From Oikopleura dioica (taxonomy: Eukaryota; Animalia; Chordata), in assembly GCA_907165135.1 (NCBI GenBank), contig OU015569.1, forward strand, positions 7,502,001 through 7,566,000: a stretch of DNA of 64,000 nt, written 5' to 3'. The notes beneath the pieces were generated by a model, which did not search any database, was not told the DNA's origin, and saw only the letters and a program-made list of their open reading frames with translations. Below, piece by piece: positions 1 to 11,421 of this stretch. Position numbers and translations under genes: made by a program. The first letter of the stretch is position 1, and each line of letters opens with the position of its first letter.

Positions 1-166
1 AACGGCCGGTGACAACGTATTTTCCGGTAACCAGCCGGTAAACTGGTCAATCCTTAGAATTATTAGGAGTTAGACCCATCATTCGACTCGTCTTGACGAG
101 CTGAAGAAAACTGCACTTGCAGTTTTTTACCATTTCCGGCCCCACTAAAAGTTTTTTGAAATCATC
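1..166. mobile_element. Right arm (truncated by window edge) of the foldback/MITE family seen complete at 21038-21675
   Basis: Matches about 21512-21675 with roughly 8 differences by eye and ends in the same terminus GAAATCATC. It lies 7 nt upstream of the astacin acceptor tttatag. Confidence 0.92.
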
Positions 167-173
167 TTTATAG

Positions 174-2045
174 ATATTCTATTGAAGGTTTCGCACGAGA
201 TGCTGATGACACGGTTAAAAAATGGAAAGATTATTTTGATGAAACATCGAGTAAATATCAAGTGCCCTGGATTTTCAGTCCGACTTATCCGCCAGAGTGG
301 CAGCCTTATGTTCGGGCTGCTTTAGCTGAATTTGAAAGATCTACTTGCATAAAGACCGTTGAAATTTCTTCATCAGAGGTAAAAAAGACCAACTCTGAAA
401 CGAGAATTATATGTTTAGGTGGACAACTGGGACTCGGTCATATACGTTCATCGCGGAGAAAATGGGCCGGTCGGAGCAGCTGGCTGCTGGTCTTACGTAG
501 GTAATGCACAACTTGGTCTCCAGCATCTCAGTCTTTCCGGGGGGTGCACAAACACCAAAACAGTTCAGCATGAGTTTATCCATGCGCTTGGTTTCTGGCA
601 TGAGCAACAACGTGGCGATTTCGCGAGCAATATTAACATGAACAAAGAGGCATATTCCTGCGACGAATCCTTCTGGGGTCCAACATACCAATGCTTGATG
701 GATTGTGAAGATGGATTTAGCCAGTGGAAGGATTTGCACTCACCTTATGATTTTGACTCGATCATGCACTATTACGGAAACACTTGTTCTGATGGGTCGA
801 TTCCGTTGATGACCCATAAAGGTGATAATTTACCGCTGCGAAAATCATTGAGCTTTTGAAGGTACCACCGCGGGTGTTGAACCGAATCCACCGGGTGATA
901 GAATGACAACACAAGATGCTCTGCAAATTAACGCATTCTATGAGTGCCCCATCCAAAGAACATTTTCTTGCAACACATGGAACTATCCCTCACAGAGCGT
1001 GTACTTGGAATCAAGGAGATGTGACGGCGTTCTGGACTGTATCGATGGTAGCGATGAGGATCCTGCTAAATGCAATACCGAGAATAATTGCAGTAACCAA
1101 ATTCAACTTGCCGGAAATATTTATGTTAAAAGTGGCGACGCAAATGGTCGACTCGTCTACTTATCTCAAGACAGATTGAGGAAATTGTGCTTTCACTCGA
1201 AGACATTAATCGGACATGGATACTGGATAGTTGTCGAAAACGTGGAGGGGCAGGAAGCGTCATGTGAGTCAACGTGCGGAGCTATAATTATGGCAGAGCT
1301 TCCCGAATGGAGTCGATGTGTTGACGGGGCTACTTTCAAAACTTACGATTCAGTAACGCAGCAATGGAAAGAACATTCCAATCCGATATTCTACACGGCA
1401 ACTTCTGACGACAACGTATTGACAACAACGACGACAACAACGACGACTACACTTGGTGTCAATGATTACGTTCAGCTATCTGGAGTGAGCGTTCACAAGA
1501 AATACAATGGCTTGTACGTTAAATCTGGAATATTGAATGGAGAAGACTACTTTTCTAAAAAGTTTCGCGGAACCAGCAGAGCAGAAACAGAAAGTCATTT
1601 TTTGTTTCTGTCGGAGAGCGGGAACTCTTGGATCGTATCGTCCGAGCTAAATTCGCAATCTGGTGATTTGTATCTTTCAGTTGTCGGAGGAGCTACTTTA
1701 GAAACATCTGAGAGCTGGTTTCAGAAGGTAGGAGGTGAATGGATAGAAGCATCGATTTCAACAGAAATTGCAAATAATATGCTGCCAGTTGATGAATGTG
1801 AAACAATAGAAAACCCTTGTTCTGATCCGCTCAAATCTTGTGTTGATAAACTCGATGGGTATTCTTGTGAATGCATTTCCGGCTATGTTGAAGAAGGAAA
1901 CTCTTGTGTTGATTTCGAAGAATGTAAATTCGAGGGCACTTGCGAAAGTGGATACATTTGTACGGAGCTCATCGGATCCTACAAGTGTGTGTGTCCTGTC
2001 TCGCAACCAGTCTCGGATTCATATAATACTTCGTTTATTTTCTAA
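174..2045 (+). CDS. Astacin-family zinc metalloprotease copy 1 (5' end outside window or upstream of the element): astacin, LDLa, two uncharacterised beta domains, Thr linker, EGF/cbEGF
   Basis: HEFIHALGFWHEQQR zinc motif, SIMHY Met-turn, CDGVLDCIDGSDE LDLa, and EGF cysteine pattern. GT-AG introns at about 380-419 and 821-861 join the ORFs in frame. The C-terminus may be spliced to about 2082. Confidence 0.93.
1422..1451 (+). repeat. ACA/ACG trinucleotide run encoding 10 Thr (mucin-like linker)
   Basis: aca aca acg acg aca aca acg acg act aca in frame in ORF 903..2045. Confidence 0.9.
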
Positions 2046-2078
2046 CCGTTGCAAGTGTGAATTCCGAAACAGGCCATC

Positions 2079-3575
2079 ATGATCTTCCTGATATTTCTTC
2101 AACTCGGCGAAGTGACTTAGGAGAGACCAAGATCCAACGCAGCGTCCGCAAAGAAAATCGTAGATCTCTAGTAGACGATCTTCGATTCAGCAAAAGACAG
2201 TACAATTTAATGCTGAAGCGGGGAATCACTATTTCGTACGATTCAGTTTCCAAATCAAGCTTGAGCAATACTCGTCATTTAGTGCAGTGGTTCAAACTTT
2301 CTTGTGAGGATAAAAATTATTTCGAAATAATAGAAAAAAATATAAATTGGAACCCAAATAAGCAATACTCCCAACTCTCGCCCGGGGAGCAGATGCTCTT
2401 GTTCAAAAATGGACGGACACATGGGATCAAAGTTCCAAGAGTTATCTAGTTCCGTATTATTTTATGTCAAGCTACCCTGAAGAATATAAAGAACCCATAA
2501 GAATGGCACTGGAGGAGTTTGAAAGGTCAACATGCATTAATTTTCTGGAAATAACTGAAGCTGCGGCGTCTCTTTGGCCTGCGAAAATTCTAGTCCACAG
2601 AGGAGAAGATGGACCTGAGCAATTGGAAGGATGCTGGTCGCATTTAGGCAAAGAGGAGACGACTCAACTTCTTTCTCTTTCAGGTATGATTGTGGTTCGA
2701 TTTCCTCATGTTACGGAGTTAAAGCCGGTTGTCTCAGCACAGAGACGATTCACCACGAATTCTTACATGCTCTCGGCTTTTGGCATGAACAGCAGCGTCC
2801 AGATAGAGACGATTTTATTGATTTTCACGAGGATAGATTCAGCTGTTCTGATGCCAGTCGTAATGCTAATTATGACTCAATTACAATGAGAGGCTCGACA
2901 TGGAACGATCTCAAATCCCCTTACGACTTCGACTCTGTAATGCATTACGACGGAAATAACTGTGGCCCTGGTTATATGACACACAAGGGCAGTAATAATG
3001 TCGTTTCGCCAAACAACCATCGAATGTCCACCCAAGATGCTTTGGAGTTAAATGCATTCTACAACTGTCCGCTGCAAGAGACTCTGAACTGTCCGAATTC
3101 CGCTAGTGAACACCGCGCTGTTTATCTACGGACCAGGAAATGTGACGGTGTCGCGGACTGCGAAGACGGCAGCGACGAAAGCGTGAGCGCATGTTCTGAA
3201 GACTTGAAATGTTCGACCGGAATCTCTCTCGTTGGCAATGAATTTTACGCTAGAATTGACAAAAGCGGTTCCTTTGAGAGGATCAACGGTCACTTGTTCT
3301 ATCTGTCAAACGACGGGAAGCTGAAACTGTGCTACAGTAGAGTAAACCTCGCTGGACAAGGAAGATGGATCGTTCAAGAGAATCTCCAGGGCTTCGAACA
3401 CAGCTGCGATGAGAACTGCGGAGCGATTGCTTGGGCTATGCATACAGCCACGAGTGACTGTATAACTGGGCTCGAGTTCCAAACATTCACAAATGGAGAA
3501 TGGGCGATTCCGGGAACCTCTGATTATTCTGCTGTAGAAGGTAATGCTATAAAACAGGGCTTTTTATTCGTATAA
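2079..3575 (+). CDS. Astacin-family zinc metalloprotease copy 2 (shorter tandem paralog: signal/pro, astacin, LDLa, one beta domain)
   Basis: HEFLHALGFWHEQQRPDRD, SVMHY and CDGVADCEDGSDE are present. The exon from about 2363 (LARGADALVQKWTDTW) is homologous to copy 1 (FARDADDTVKKWKDYF). A 41-nt GT-AG intron joins LLSLS to AGCLS. The start MIFLIFLQLGE at 2079 is inferred. Confidence 0.88.
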
Positions 3576-3640
3576 CGGATAACAAACCCAAAAGAAGCGC
3601 TATTTTCGACCAAATAATCACAAAATACTCTCAACAACTG

Positions 3641-3646
3641 AAAAAA
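3641..3646 (-). terminator. Pol III T6 terminator of the tRNA
   Basis: aaaaaa on + (TTTTTT on -) 3 nt past the discriminator base. Confidence 0.85.
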
Positions 3647-3649
3647 GTT

Positions 3650-3731
3650 TGACTGAAGTGGGATTCGAACCCACGCCCCCGAAGAGATTGGAGCCTTAAT
3701 CCAACGCCTTAGACCGCTCGGCCATCCAGTC
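3650..3731 (-). tRNA. tRNA-Leu(AAG): tRNA-Leu, anticodon AAG
   Basis: Minus strand GACTGGATGGCCGAGCGGTCTAAGGCGTTGGATTAAGGCTCCAATCTCTTCGGGGGCGTGGGTTCGAATCCCACTTCAGTCA. It has a 7-bp acceptor stem, TTGGA/TCCAA anticodon stem, long variable arm and TTCGAAT T-loop; 82 nt. Confidence 0.97.
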
Positions 3732-3793
3732 CTGACGAGGCGATTGAATTCGTAATTATTTAATTCAAAGAAATTACGATGAACAGGATTTTG

Positions 3794-5420
3794 CTAGAAA
3801 TTGACAGACGATTGATAATTTCTGCGTTTTCTAATTTCGTGATGCAGAATTTTTTCTAAATCCTGAAAGGTATTCTTTCGAATAGCCGGTGCGCTCCTTA
3901 TAAGATTCATAATCAGCTGATCGGGTGATCCGTCGACGTTCTGTAGGTACAGAAGGAATGAATGAATTATCTGCTCCTCTGTTGTGCAATTTTGCGATGT
4001 TATTCGTGAGAAATGGTGTTTCTTTAGCTTCATTTGCGACCACAAGGTTGACACTGCGTCTTGTTATAGGATTAAACATACAGTAGGTTGACATAAAATT
4101 CGATGAGCTCGGCTTATTAAGCCGAGAGTATCGTTTTATCCTTGTCCTGCGCCTTTAACAGACACCCAACTAGCGACGAATTTGATCATCCAAAAACTGC
4201 TGATAACTTTCTCCAAGAACTCAAAGGGCATCTCGTTTTCAATCAGGTCTGCCAGGTAACCCTTGTCGATGATTAAAATAACTATCGTCTGCTTTAGTCT
4301 ACTAGAAAGAAATCACCGCTGCCTGCCAAGCCCCTGATTGTCCACGGAGAATTTTGCATAGTCGCCGGACATATCGTGGATCTCCTGATTCAAAAATGTG
4401 TTCAATAAGAGCTCTTGCCAAAACTCTGTTGGGTCCAGAAACTCGTTTCAGGTACGAGCCAAAGTCACGTGACAGGACAACTTCGCGTATGCAACTGTCA
4501 ATCAAAGGCGTTCCACGAACGCGCAAGTTTTCCCTGACTATTTTAGCCGTGATTTCAAGTCTCTGCAGGGTCGACGAATCGTAATTCACGTCATAGGTGT
4601 CGACCAGTTTTGGAAAACGTTTAACTTTGGCGACGGAAGAGATGCTGAAGTATCGCTTGATTGATTGACGGAAGGGTAAACATCCTTACGTGTAGAAATT
4701 ATGAAAGTCTCTGTTCCGGGTTCGCAATCGTTCCGATACAAGCGGCTTCTCCTCACTTCCAATATCGAAAAATCTGTTTTAAAATTGACAATTAATCATT
4801 CCGTTAAACTGTAAATAAAACTGCTTGCCACTTTTCCTGTGTGTGACGGGAAACGAATCTATGCTCAGTTGGACCAGCTCAGGCAGCGACTTTGCCTTTC
4901 TCTTTCTCACGGTTACTTTCATGATTATAACTCGCGGGCGAAAAAGTTTATGAGATTAATTTTTTGGATGACTTTCCATTTTGAGTTTTCGGAATCAAGA
5001 CACACAACGACAAAGCCTCTTCAACTCCTTTATGCCTCTGTATGAACAGTCCTCTGCCAGGAAGCGGGTGTTGACACAACAAACCAAGTTCTGCGCTAAG
5101 TAGCGATGGAATTTATACAGCAGTTTACTTTTTATTCATTAATTAGTGATAAGAATCTTTTTCGGAGATTGAATTTCAAAGGGTCGTAGTAATGTACAGG
5201 GAGAACTTCTTCAGCTCTGTGACAGATTGTTCAATACAATGGAGAGATTTCGAGGACGAGCTTCGGGGATGAGTCGAATGCGGTTGTGCTTGACCCGAGG
5301 AAAACGTGTCGGACTAGAGTAAGTAAATCGCTGGTAGTGATTTTGCGCATTGGATACTCGCCGAGACTTCTTGTTGGCTTTGCAAAACTGATACTGGATT
5401 TCGCATGTTGGCAAACTCAT
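3794..5420 (-). CDS. Candidate death-fold adaptor with a CARD-like and a death-domain-like module (RAIDD/CRADD-like order); 5' extent uncertain
   Basis: 4302-4589 (LQRLEITAKIVRENLRVRGTPLIDSCIREVVLS...ARALIEHIFESG...RRLCKILR) resembles a CARD. 3794-4054 (TTEEQIIHSFLLYLQ...DQLIMNLIR...QDLEKIL) resembles the C-terminal half of a death domain. A 45-nt GT-AG intron near 4645-4690 extends the frame upstream. Pattern recognition only. Confidence 0.45.
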
Positions 5421-5505
5421 ACTACCAAGTAGTAATGTTTACTACCAGTGTATTTGCAGGTTTGTACTGCATTTTAGCCAATAATTTGCTAATGTTCATT
5501 CGGCC

Positions 5506-8500
5506 TTATTCTGATCGGAATAATTCATATGTCACGCGACGATTTGCGCCTAAACAAATTATACAAAATAAAGAAACCTTAAAAAAGCAATCATCAAAAT
5601 GCATGTAAAGGAATAAACATCCATTTTTCTAATCCATTCCTTTGCATCGAGTCGATTCAACAACGATAAAGTCTCATTGCATTTCTGAATATTGCAGGCG
5701 TCCGTACCCTTAATACCCGCGTTAATAATAATTTCTCCTGGGTGTAAAACCTCCTTAACGGCATCAAATGAATTCTGAAAATTGTCAGAAATCATTGAAA
5801 TGACGCCACCGATCCAAGTTAGCCCCATGAGAATCCAGAAGAACACAGACATTCTGTAGATGCTTAATAAGATTGAAACGGTGCTCTGGTTTTCTTCTAA
5901 AATCTATAGAGCATCTATTCTACAGAGTCTATACACGATTTCACGCTCCTGTAATAGGCTTGGATCATGACGGGCCAATCTGACGGATCACAAAGTTTAC
6001 TCAGCCCAGTATTCTTGTTGACATCTTTGGAAGGAACTTGAGCAGGCTCAAATGCAAAATACGACTGCATGATTGTTCAAATAAAAATAAAGACTTATTT
6101 GCGATTTAGATTTCTTCGAGCCAGGCCTGGGTTGATTAATTCATAGAGGCAAGCTGTTTCATTTCTTATGCGTTTTGCATCTTCATCCGGCTAAAGAATT
6201 AGAGTTCAATCATGCTCCAAAAACGACCAGGCTTACCGGATCATTTCGGGGCAAAAAATCGCCGAACCCGATCGTCTTCGAGTAATCAGATAAATAACTT
6301 GATTTTAATCACGAAAATACCGTCAGTGAAATGATTATGAAATAAATTGCGTCGAGAAAAGTCCATCCCTCAACAAATTGAAAGATTTTGGCGGGAATAA
6401 CAATCATCAGCATTGTGCCTAAAATACGCAATGATAAAATCCATGATGTGAAATGCTGAACCTGATATCAGGTAGCCGTAAGTTATGACTTTCGAGGGGA
6501 GCTTGAGGGACTTCTTGAACTTGTCGATTGCAGAACCTATGAGATCAGCCAGCGAGCCAATCATGTAGGCAAAGTAGGGTATGCCAATGATGGTAAATAC
6601 GATGCAAAACAGCTTGCCCTAGGAATACATGATTGAGTGGAGTTAATTTTTAATTGCTCTTCTAATGGAACTACCGTCATGGACAGACACGTCACATCAC
6701 TGTCCATAAACGATGAAGAAACATCGGGAAATGTTTGGTGCTGTCTGCCACTGTATGCTTATCTGTATAGAAGACAGCTGCGTTCCATTTTCAAGTTCGC
6801 AAACTGATTAGTATTTCTTTACCTCCTCGGTTACTGGCGTGATGGATCCATAGCCGATTGTCGTTGCCACTGAATTGAATTGTAGCTATTTAATTTAAGC
6901 TCCTTTTTGACAAGTGTTCAACAAATTTAGTGGTCAAGGGTAGATACATCTCGCGCCAGACAATGACTTACCTGTTCCAGCAAAGAAAAATGAGTTGTGA
7001 AAATTCCAATTATGTGTACAGTCGTTTTGAAGCGCGAGGAAATTGTTGATGCCAAATTGGGCGGTTCGCTTTGCTGGTGTAAACGCGAAATTCCGAATAG
7101 CAGAAATGCTTTGAAATTAAATTTCATAATCTTAGTTCGACTAAGCTAATAGCTTTTACACACGGTAACTGGAGAACTGATTTGATCGTTGCACCAGAAA
7201 CAACGAGTATTTCATCGTTGAATGAGTCAGCTCAAGATAGGATATTCACCTAATGGAGCGCTCCTTGCTCGTTCTGTGGAAAGAGCTTGCGACAACGCGG
7301 TCAGTTTAGGTCTACTTATCCTTTCCTAGAACGGTTTTTGAAATGCTTTTCCAAATCTCGATGTATCGCTTCATGAACGTCTCGTTCTTGCCTTGAATCT
7401 CGTTCCAAATCTTCGTTTCCGCCGGCTTCGAGCAGTTCGATGAGAGCCATTTGTCGAAATACTTTTTAGTTGTTGGCGACTTGCACTAACGCTATTTTAT
7501 TTCTCGTTCCTCGCAAACACGTTTTCTTCACATATGAAGCATCCAAAGCCAGTTGAGCAGGATCACTATTTGCTTTGTACATTTGTATCCCCTTGCAGAA
7601 CTTGAAATTAAGGCCGAAGATGTAGAAGTATTTCTTCGAAAAATCCGACTTCTGAACACTCACTTGCCGCTTTGCCTCCTTGCACTTAGCCTCTTCTGCT
7701 TTAGACTCTAGAAAACTGAAAACAACTTAATTTAGCTCGTGATTTTTTTCTTCAAAAATAAAAAATAATACTTTTCACATTTCACGAGCTATTCCTGCAC
7801 CAAGAAATAAATAGGCGATGTAAATAAGTAGCATAACTGTATAGGAGTACCAGGGGAGGAGCTTCCGTCTTCTCCGACTAGGAAAAATATTTTCAATAAG
7901 AATGACCTTTTGATAGAACCTAGATATATGGCACGGGGATTGTTCTCTTGTTTTCTTTTGCGCTCTTAACGAATCTGTTTTTTGGTTTTTTGTTTCGAAT
8001 ATTCAGAAACTATCATTTTAATTCTGATTTATCTGGAGACGCTTTTCAAATGCGTGAAAATCGTAAACCTCTGCCTGAATTGCGAATCCGATTTAGAACT
8101 GGCTTGAATTTGGACCATTTGGCAGGTACCATTCTTTCCTCATTTCCGTTGGGCACTTTCTTTCCATTTTTCGAGAACGGAACAGAGTGGCTTCTACGAG
8201 AGGTTAAATAAGAAAGACTGGAAGCAAAGGAAAAAGAATCTCAACGCGTACTGATCTATCACTTACTGTCAATAATTAGGTCTGGCATTTACCTTACTTA
8301 TTGGTTTTTTTTAAAAAGAAAGCTGTTTAATTACTATGAACCCTTGTTATTTTCTCTACGGACGATGATTAACGTGTTATTTGGTAATTACCGAAGAAAT
8401 TCTGATTCAATCTGTCACAGCCTTTAAATAACCCTCGCCTTGTATTTTTACATGCAGAATCCTTGAGGTTATTATTATTTGTCTGTCTATCGATGAACTC

Positions 8501-8745
8501 AAAACTAAATGTAGAGATCACTTTTTTCGTCTAAACTTGAGCTCGTTTCTTGGAGTGTCATTTTCACAATGCTGGACGCAATGCCCATTCGCTAACTGTT
8601 TTTTCTTGTTCACAGAAGCATCACTGGTGAACTCACTGGTACTGTGGGTAACCGTACTTGAATTACTTGCCAGAGTCTCTTCGTCGACGATTTCTTTCTT
8701 GATCACGTATTCACTAAAAACTCTGTCGGCGAGGTCCTCGGCCAT
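5506..8745 (-). CDS. Two-pore-domain potassium channel (K2P/KCNK family)
   Basis: M1 YIAYLFLGAG (about 7800); P1 WNFHNSFFFAGT|VATTIGYGSITP (about 6840-7010); M2 GKLFCIVFTIIGIPYF; EGWTFLDAIYFIIISLT|TIGFGDFLP P2 (about 6250-6400); M4 VFFWILMGLTWIGGVI. The 3' end (5506 vs 5559) is uncertain. Confidence 0.93.
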
Positions 8746-9267
8746 AGCTCGCCACGGAAGTAAAAAATAAAATCAAATCGCTCCGTCACTCATCTTTCCT
8801 TGTTCATTCAGTCACATGTTCACTGCGCCAGATTTTAAAGAAATCAACATAATGTATTTGTCAGTATAGTATAGGCGAATAGGGACGACGACACCGTGTG
8901 GAGGGCGCGCGCTCTGTCCTTCAGTGTCCACTAAACTCAACATATGTCTGCAAATTCATCATCTGCTCTTATGCATGATCATTTTTTCCCAGAAGCCTTT
9001 GCCCGAAAGATTATTTCTGCTTAAAATTTTATGAAATATGTCACATATCATGTGGAAATTTTGCTACAGTAAAACGAAATCTGACCACTTTTGATGATTT
9101 TTTTCAAGAAGATATTTCATTCCTAATCAAGAGTGAACGCAATTTTAAGTGTACATCAATCGACGTAGATGATCCTATTTTTGTCAAACGAAGTCTTCTT
9201 TGCGAGCATTCGTAATTTATTTCTATATGTTATTTATGAACTTGAATGCATTCTAATTGACGCTGGT

Positions 9268-11130
9268 TTAGACTTCATCGTTAAAAGGATAGAATTTTGA
9301 AAGCTTGGCAATCCATTTGTGCGAGTAGAATCGCAAGTTACAGTCGAAACTAAGAAGTTTGTTCATGACTTCTTCTCCTAGCGGCTGCATTGAAAGGGCC
9401 TCGAAATTCTCGCGAATGTGGATGGAATTCGACGACTTCGGAATTGGAATAATGCCTCGTTCTATGAAAGTAGTGTGGAGCAGTCGAATACGAAAATTAC
9501 CTATGTGAAATCGGAGAAGAAGTTTAACTGGACTCGTCTCGAGCTGTGAAGCCAACTTGGAGAGCTGAGGATCATCGCGCAAATGACGATCATCCCTTTT
9601 TACTCTCGTTTCGCCAATAGGATGGAACGCTAATATTTTTTTATTCGTCTCATTCACCTTATAGAAAAGTTTAATTTTCTTACCCATTAGTGGGATGTTA
9701 AGTTTCTGGCAAAATAAATTCAGTTTTTGATTGTTGAAATAAAGCTGACACGAGGCTAAAAAAACAATATTTGCCATGCATCTACTTAGATTGATTATTA
9801 ATTAATCTTTTTTAGCCTTGCATGAGATTCAATTTGGTTCAGGACGGGTTTTATTCGGCACGACTTCATAAGAGTTTGATTAATTTCTCCCTTATCGATG
9901 GCGATCGCACATATTCCCTTACTTCTTTAACCCCTATAAACAAAGTGTACAATTTTTGTCGATTTCGGGTTATTATCGCCTGCCAAACAGAACTTGTAAA
10001 TCGGAACGATCTGAAAACTTAAATGAGTATTTGCACACGCATTACGGACCTCCCTAAAAAGTTTCAGCCTGATAAGACCCACGAGTACTGCGTGAGCACC
10101 GTTTTTCTCACCTCCACCTGCGCGCTTCAAAGGAACAAAAAATTCTTTTTATCTTTTAGACGTCTCTGAGCTATTGTTTTTAACTTATTTACAGGTTTTT
10201 AAGTATGGAGAATTCGAATCTGGGATCTTTGAAAAGATTGGATCAAGATTTTTAATAATTCCGACATAATTAATTATATAAGAAAGACAAATTCTAGTGC
10301 GTAGTATAGGTTTTTTAGAAAATCTAAAAGTGCAGTTTGAAAGAAAATGTTCGTTTATGTTTAATCTGTGATTTTCAGGAGATTATCTCAAGAGGAAGGC
10401 CAAATCGACAAAAATTGTACACTTCGTCTAAGGGGGTTCTTTAGACTGCTTCGCTTATAGGGGTTAACTATGAGACCCTTTCTTTATCAAATCTTCAAGC
10501 ATTTTCCCCGAAAAGTTGCACACTGCGATAGATTTCGCAAGTCCAAGATCGACACATCTTTCCATTTCTTTCCACGTATCGAGAATATCGACTTCTTCTA
10601 CGATTGCTCCGAACTGATCTTCCTTTGCTTCGCACGAAATAACCTCATCATCCTTGTTCAAAAAGTTTTAAGATGTTCCATAAAGCGAACGATCTTACTT
10701 TTGGCACAAACGCCCATGGAGCATGGATCATCCAGCAGTCTATATAATCCAAGTTAAGGTCAGAAAGAGATTTCTTCAAAGCAGGAATCACTCGTGCAGG
10801 TCGATGGTCAGTGTGGTAGAGCTTCGAGGTCACAAAAAGATCTTCCCGCTTTATGCCAGCTTCCATGAGGCCCGTAGCGATACCCTTGCCAACTCCAACC
10901 TCGTTAGCATATTTTGGCGCTGCATCAATGAGTCTGTATCCCACTTTTATAGCCTCGGCTACAGCAAATTCCATCTCATCCGAAGAAGCGAAGCAGGTTC
11001 CGAATCCTTTCTGTGGTTATTAACAATGTACTGTTTGCACGTAAAAGCCCTTGCTTTATGCAAGTTTGATTAACCAGATCCCGATTAGGGGGACTTTCCT
11101 GCCATCAGCTAACGCTATACTTTCTCTCAT
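9268..11130 (-). CDS. Aldo-keto reductase (AKR1-like)
   Basis: MRESIALADGRKVPLIG|FGT start. Catalytic tetrad IDAA(D), KY(Y), TSKL(K), MIH(H); KSIAVCNFS; IKPVLNQIESH; RGIIPIPKSS; YPFNDEV C-terminus. Confidence 0.95.
9931..10463. mobile_element. 533-bp non-autonomous piggyBac-type MITE in an AKR intron
   Basis: TTAA duplication at 9927-9930 and 10464-10467. Terminal IR CCCCTATAA; 23-bp subterminal IR AAGTGTACAATTTTTGTCGATTT at 9943-9965 and 10402-10424, with spacers of 3 and 30 bp. Confidence 0.92.
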
Positions 11131-11421
11131 GCTAAATATTTAATGAAAAATGATATTCATTCAGCAGTTTTTTTCGGCAAAAGGGAAACATCGTACCCCA
11201 AAGGCAAGCCATATTGTAAACAACTGCTAACTAAATTAGTTTTGTGATCATGTATTACAGAAAACTTGATTGAACTGGTAGGAATTGACTGATTTGTACA
11301 GTGTGAGGGATACTTTAATCAGGACATGAAGTTTGCGTTGAACTTGTCCGCGATCAGCATTAATAGTTTTCTATGGGAGCCAAATAGATCCTTAACAATT
11401 AGTTACGTTTTTAAGTAGCTG

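Noticed and set aside
2057-2449. 130-aa + strand ORF between the astacins
   Set aside because: It is better explained as out-of-frame overlap with the signal/pro exons and introns of astacin copy 2.
4108-4126. Perfect 9-bp-arm palindrome CTCGGCTTA-T-TAAGCCGAG
   Set aside because: It is isolated and short, with no TSD or second copy.
11170-11250. + strand KGKPYCKQLLTKLV resembling the end of a LIM domain
   Set aside because: The final Cys spacing is wrong, no upstream exon was found, and it is too short.
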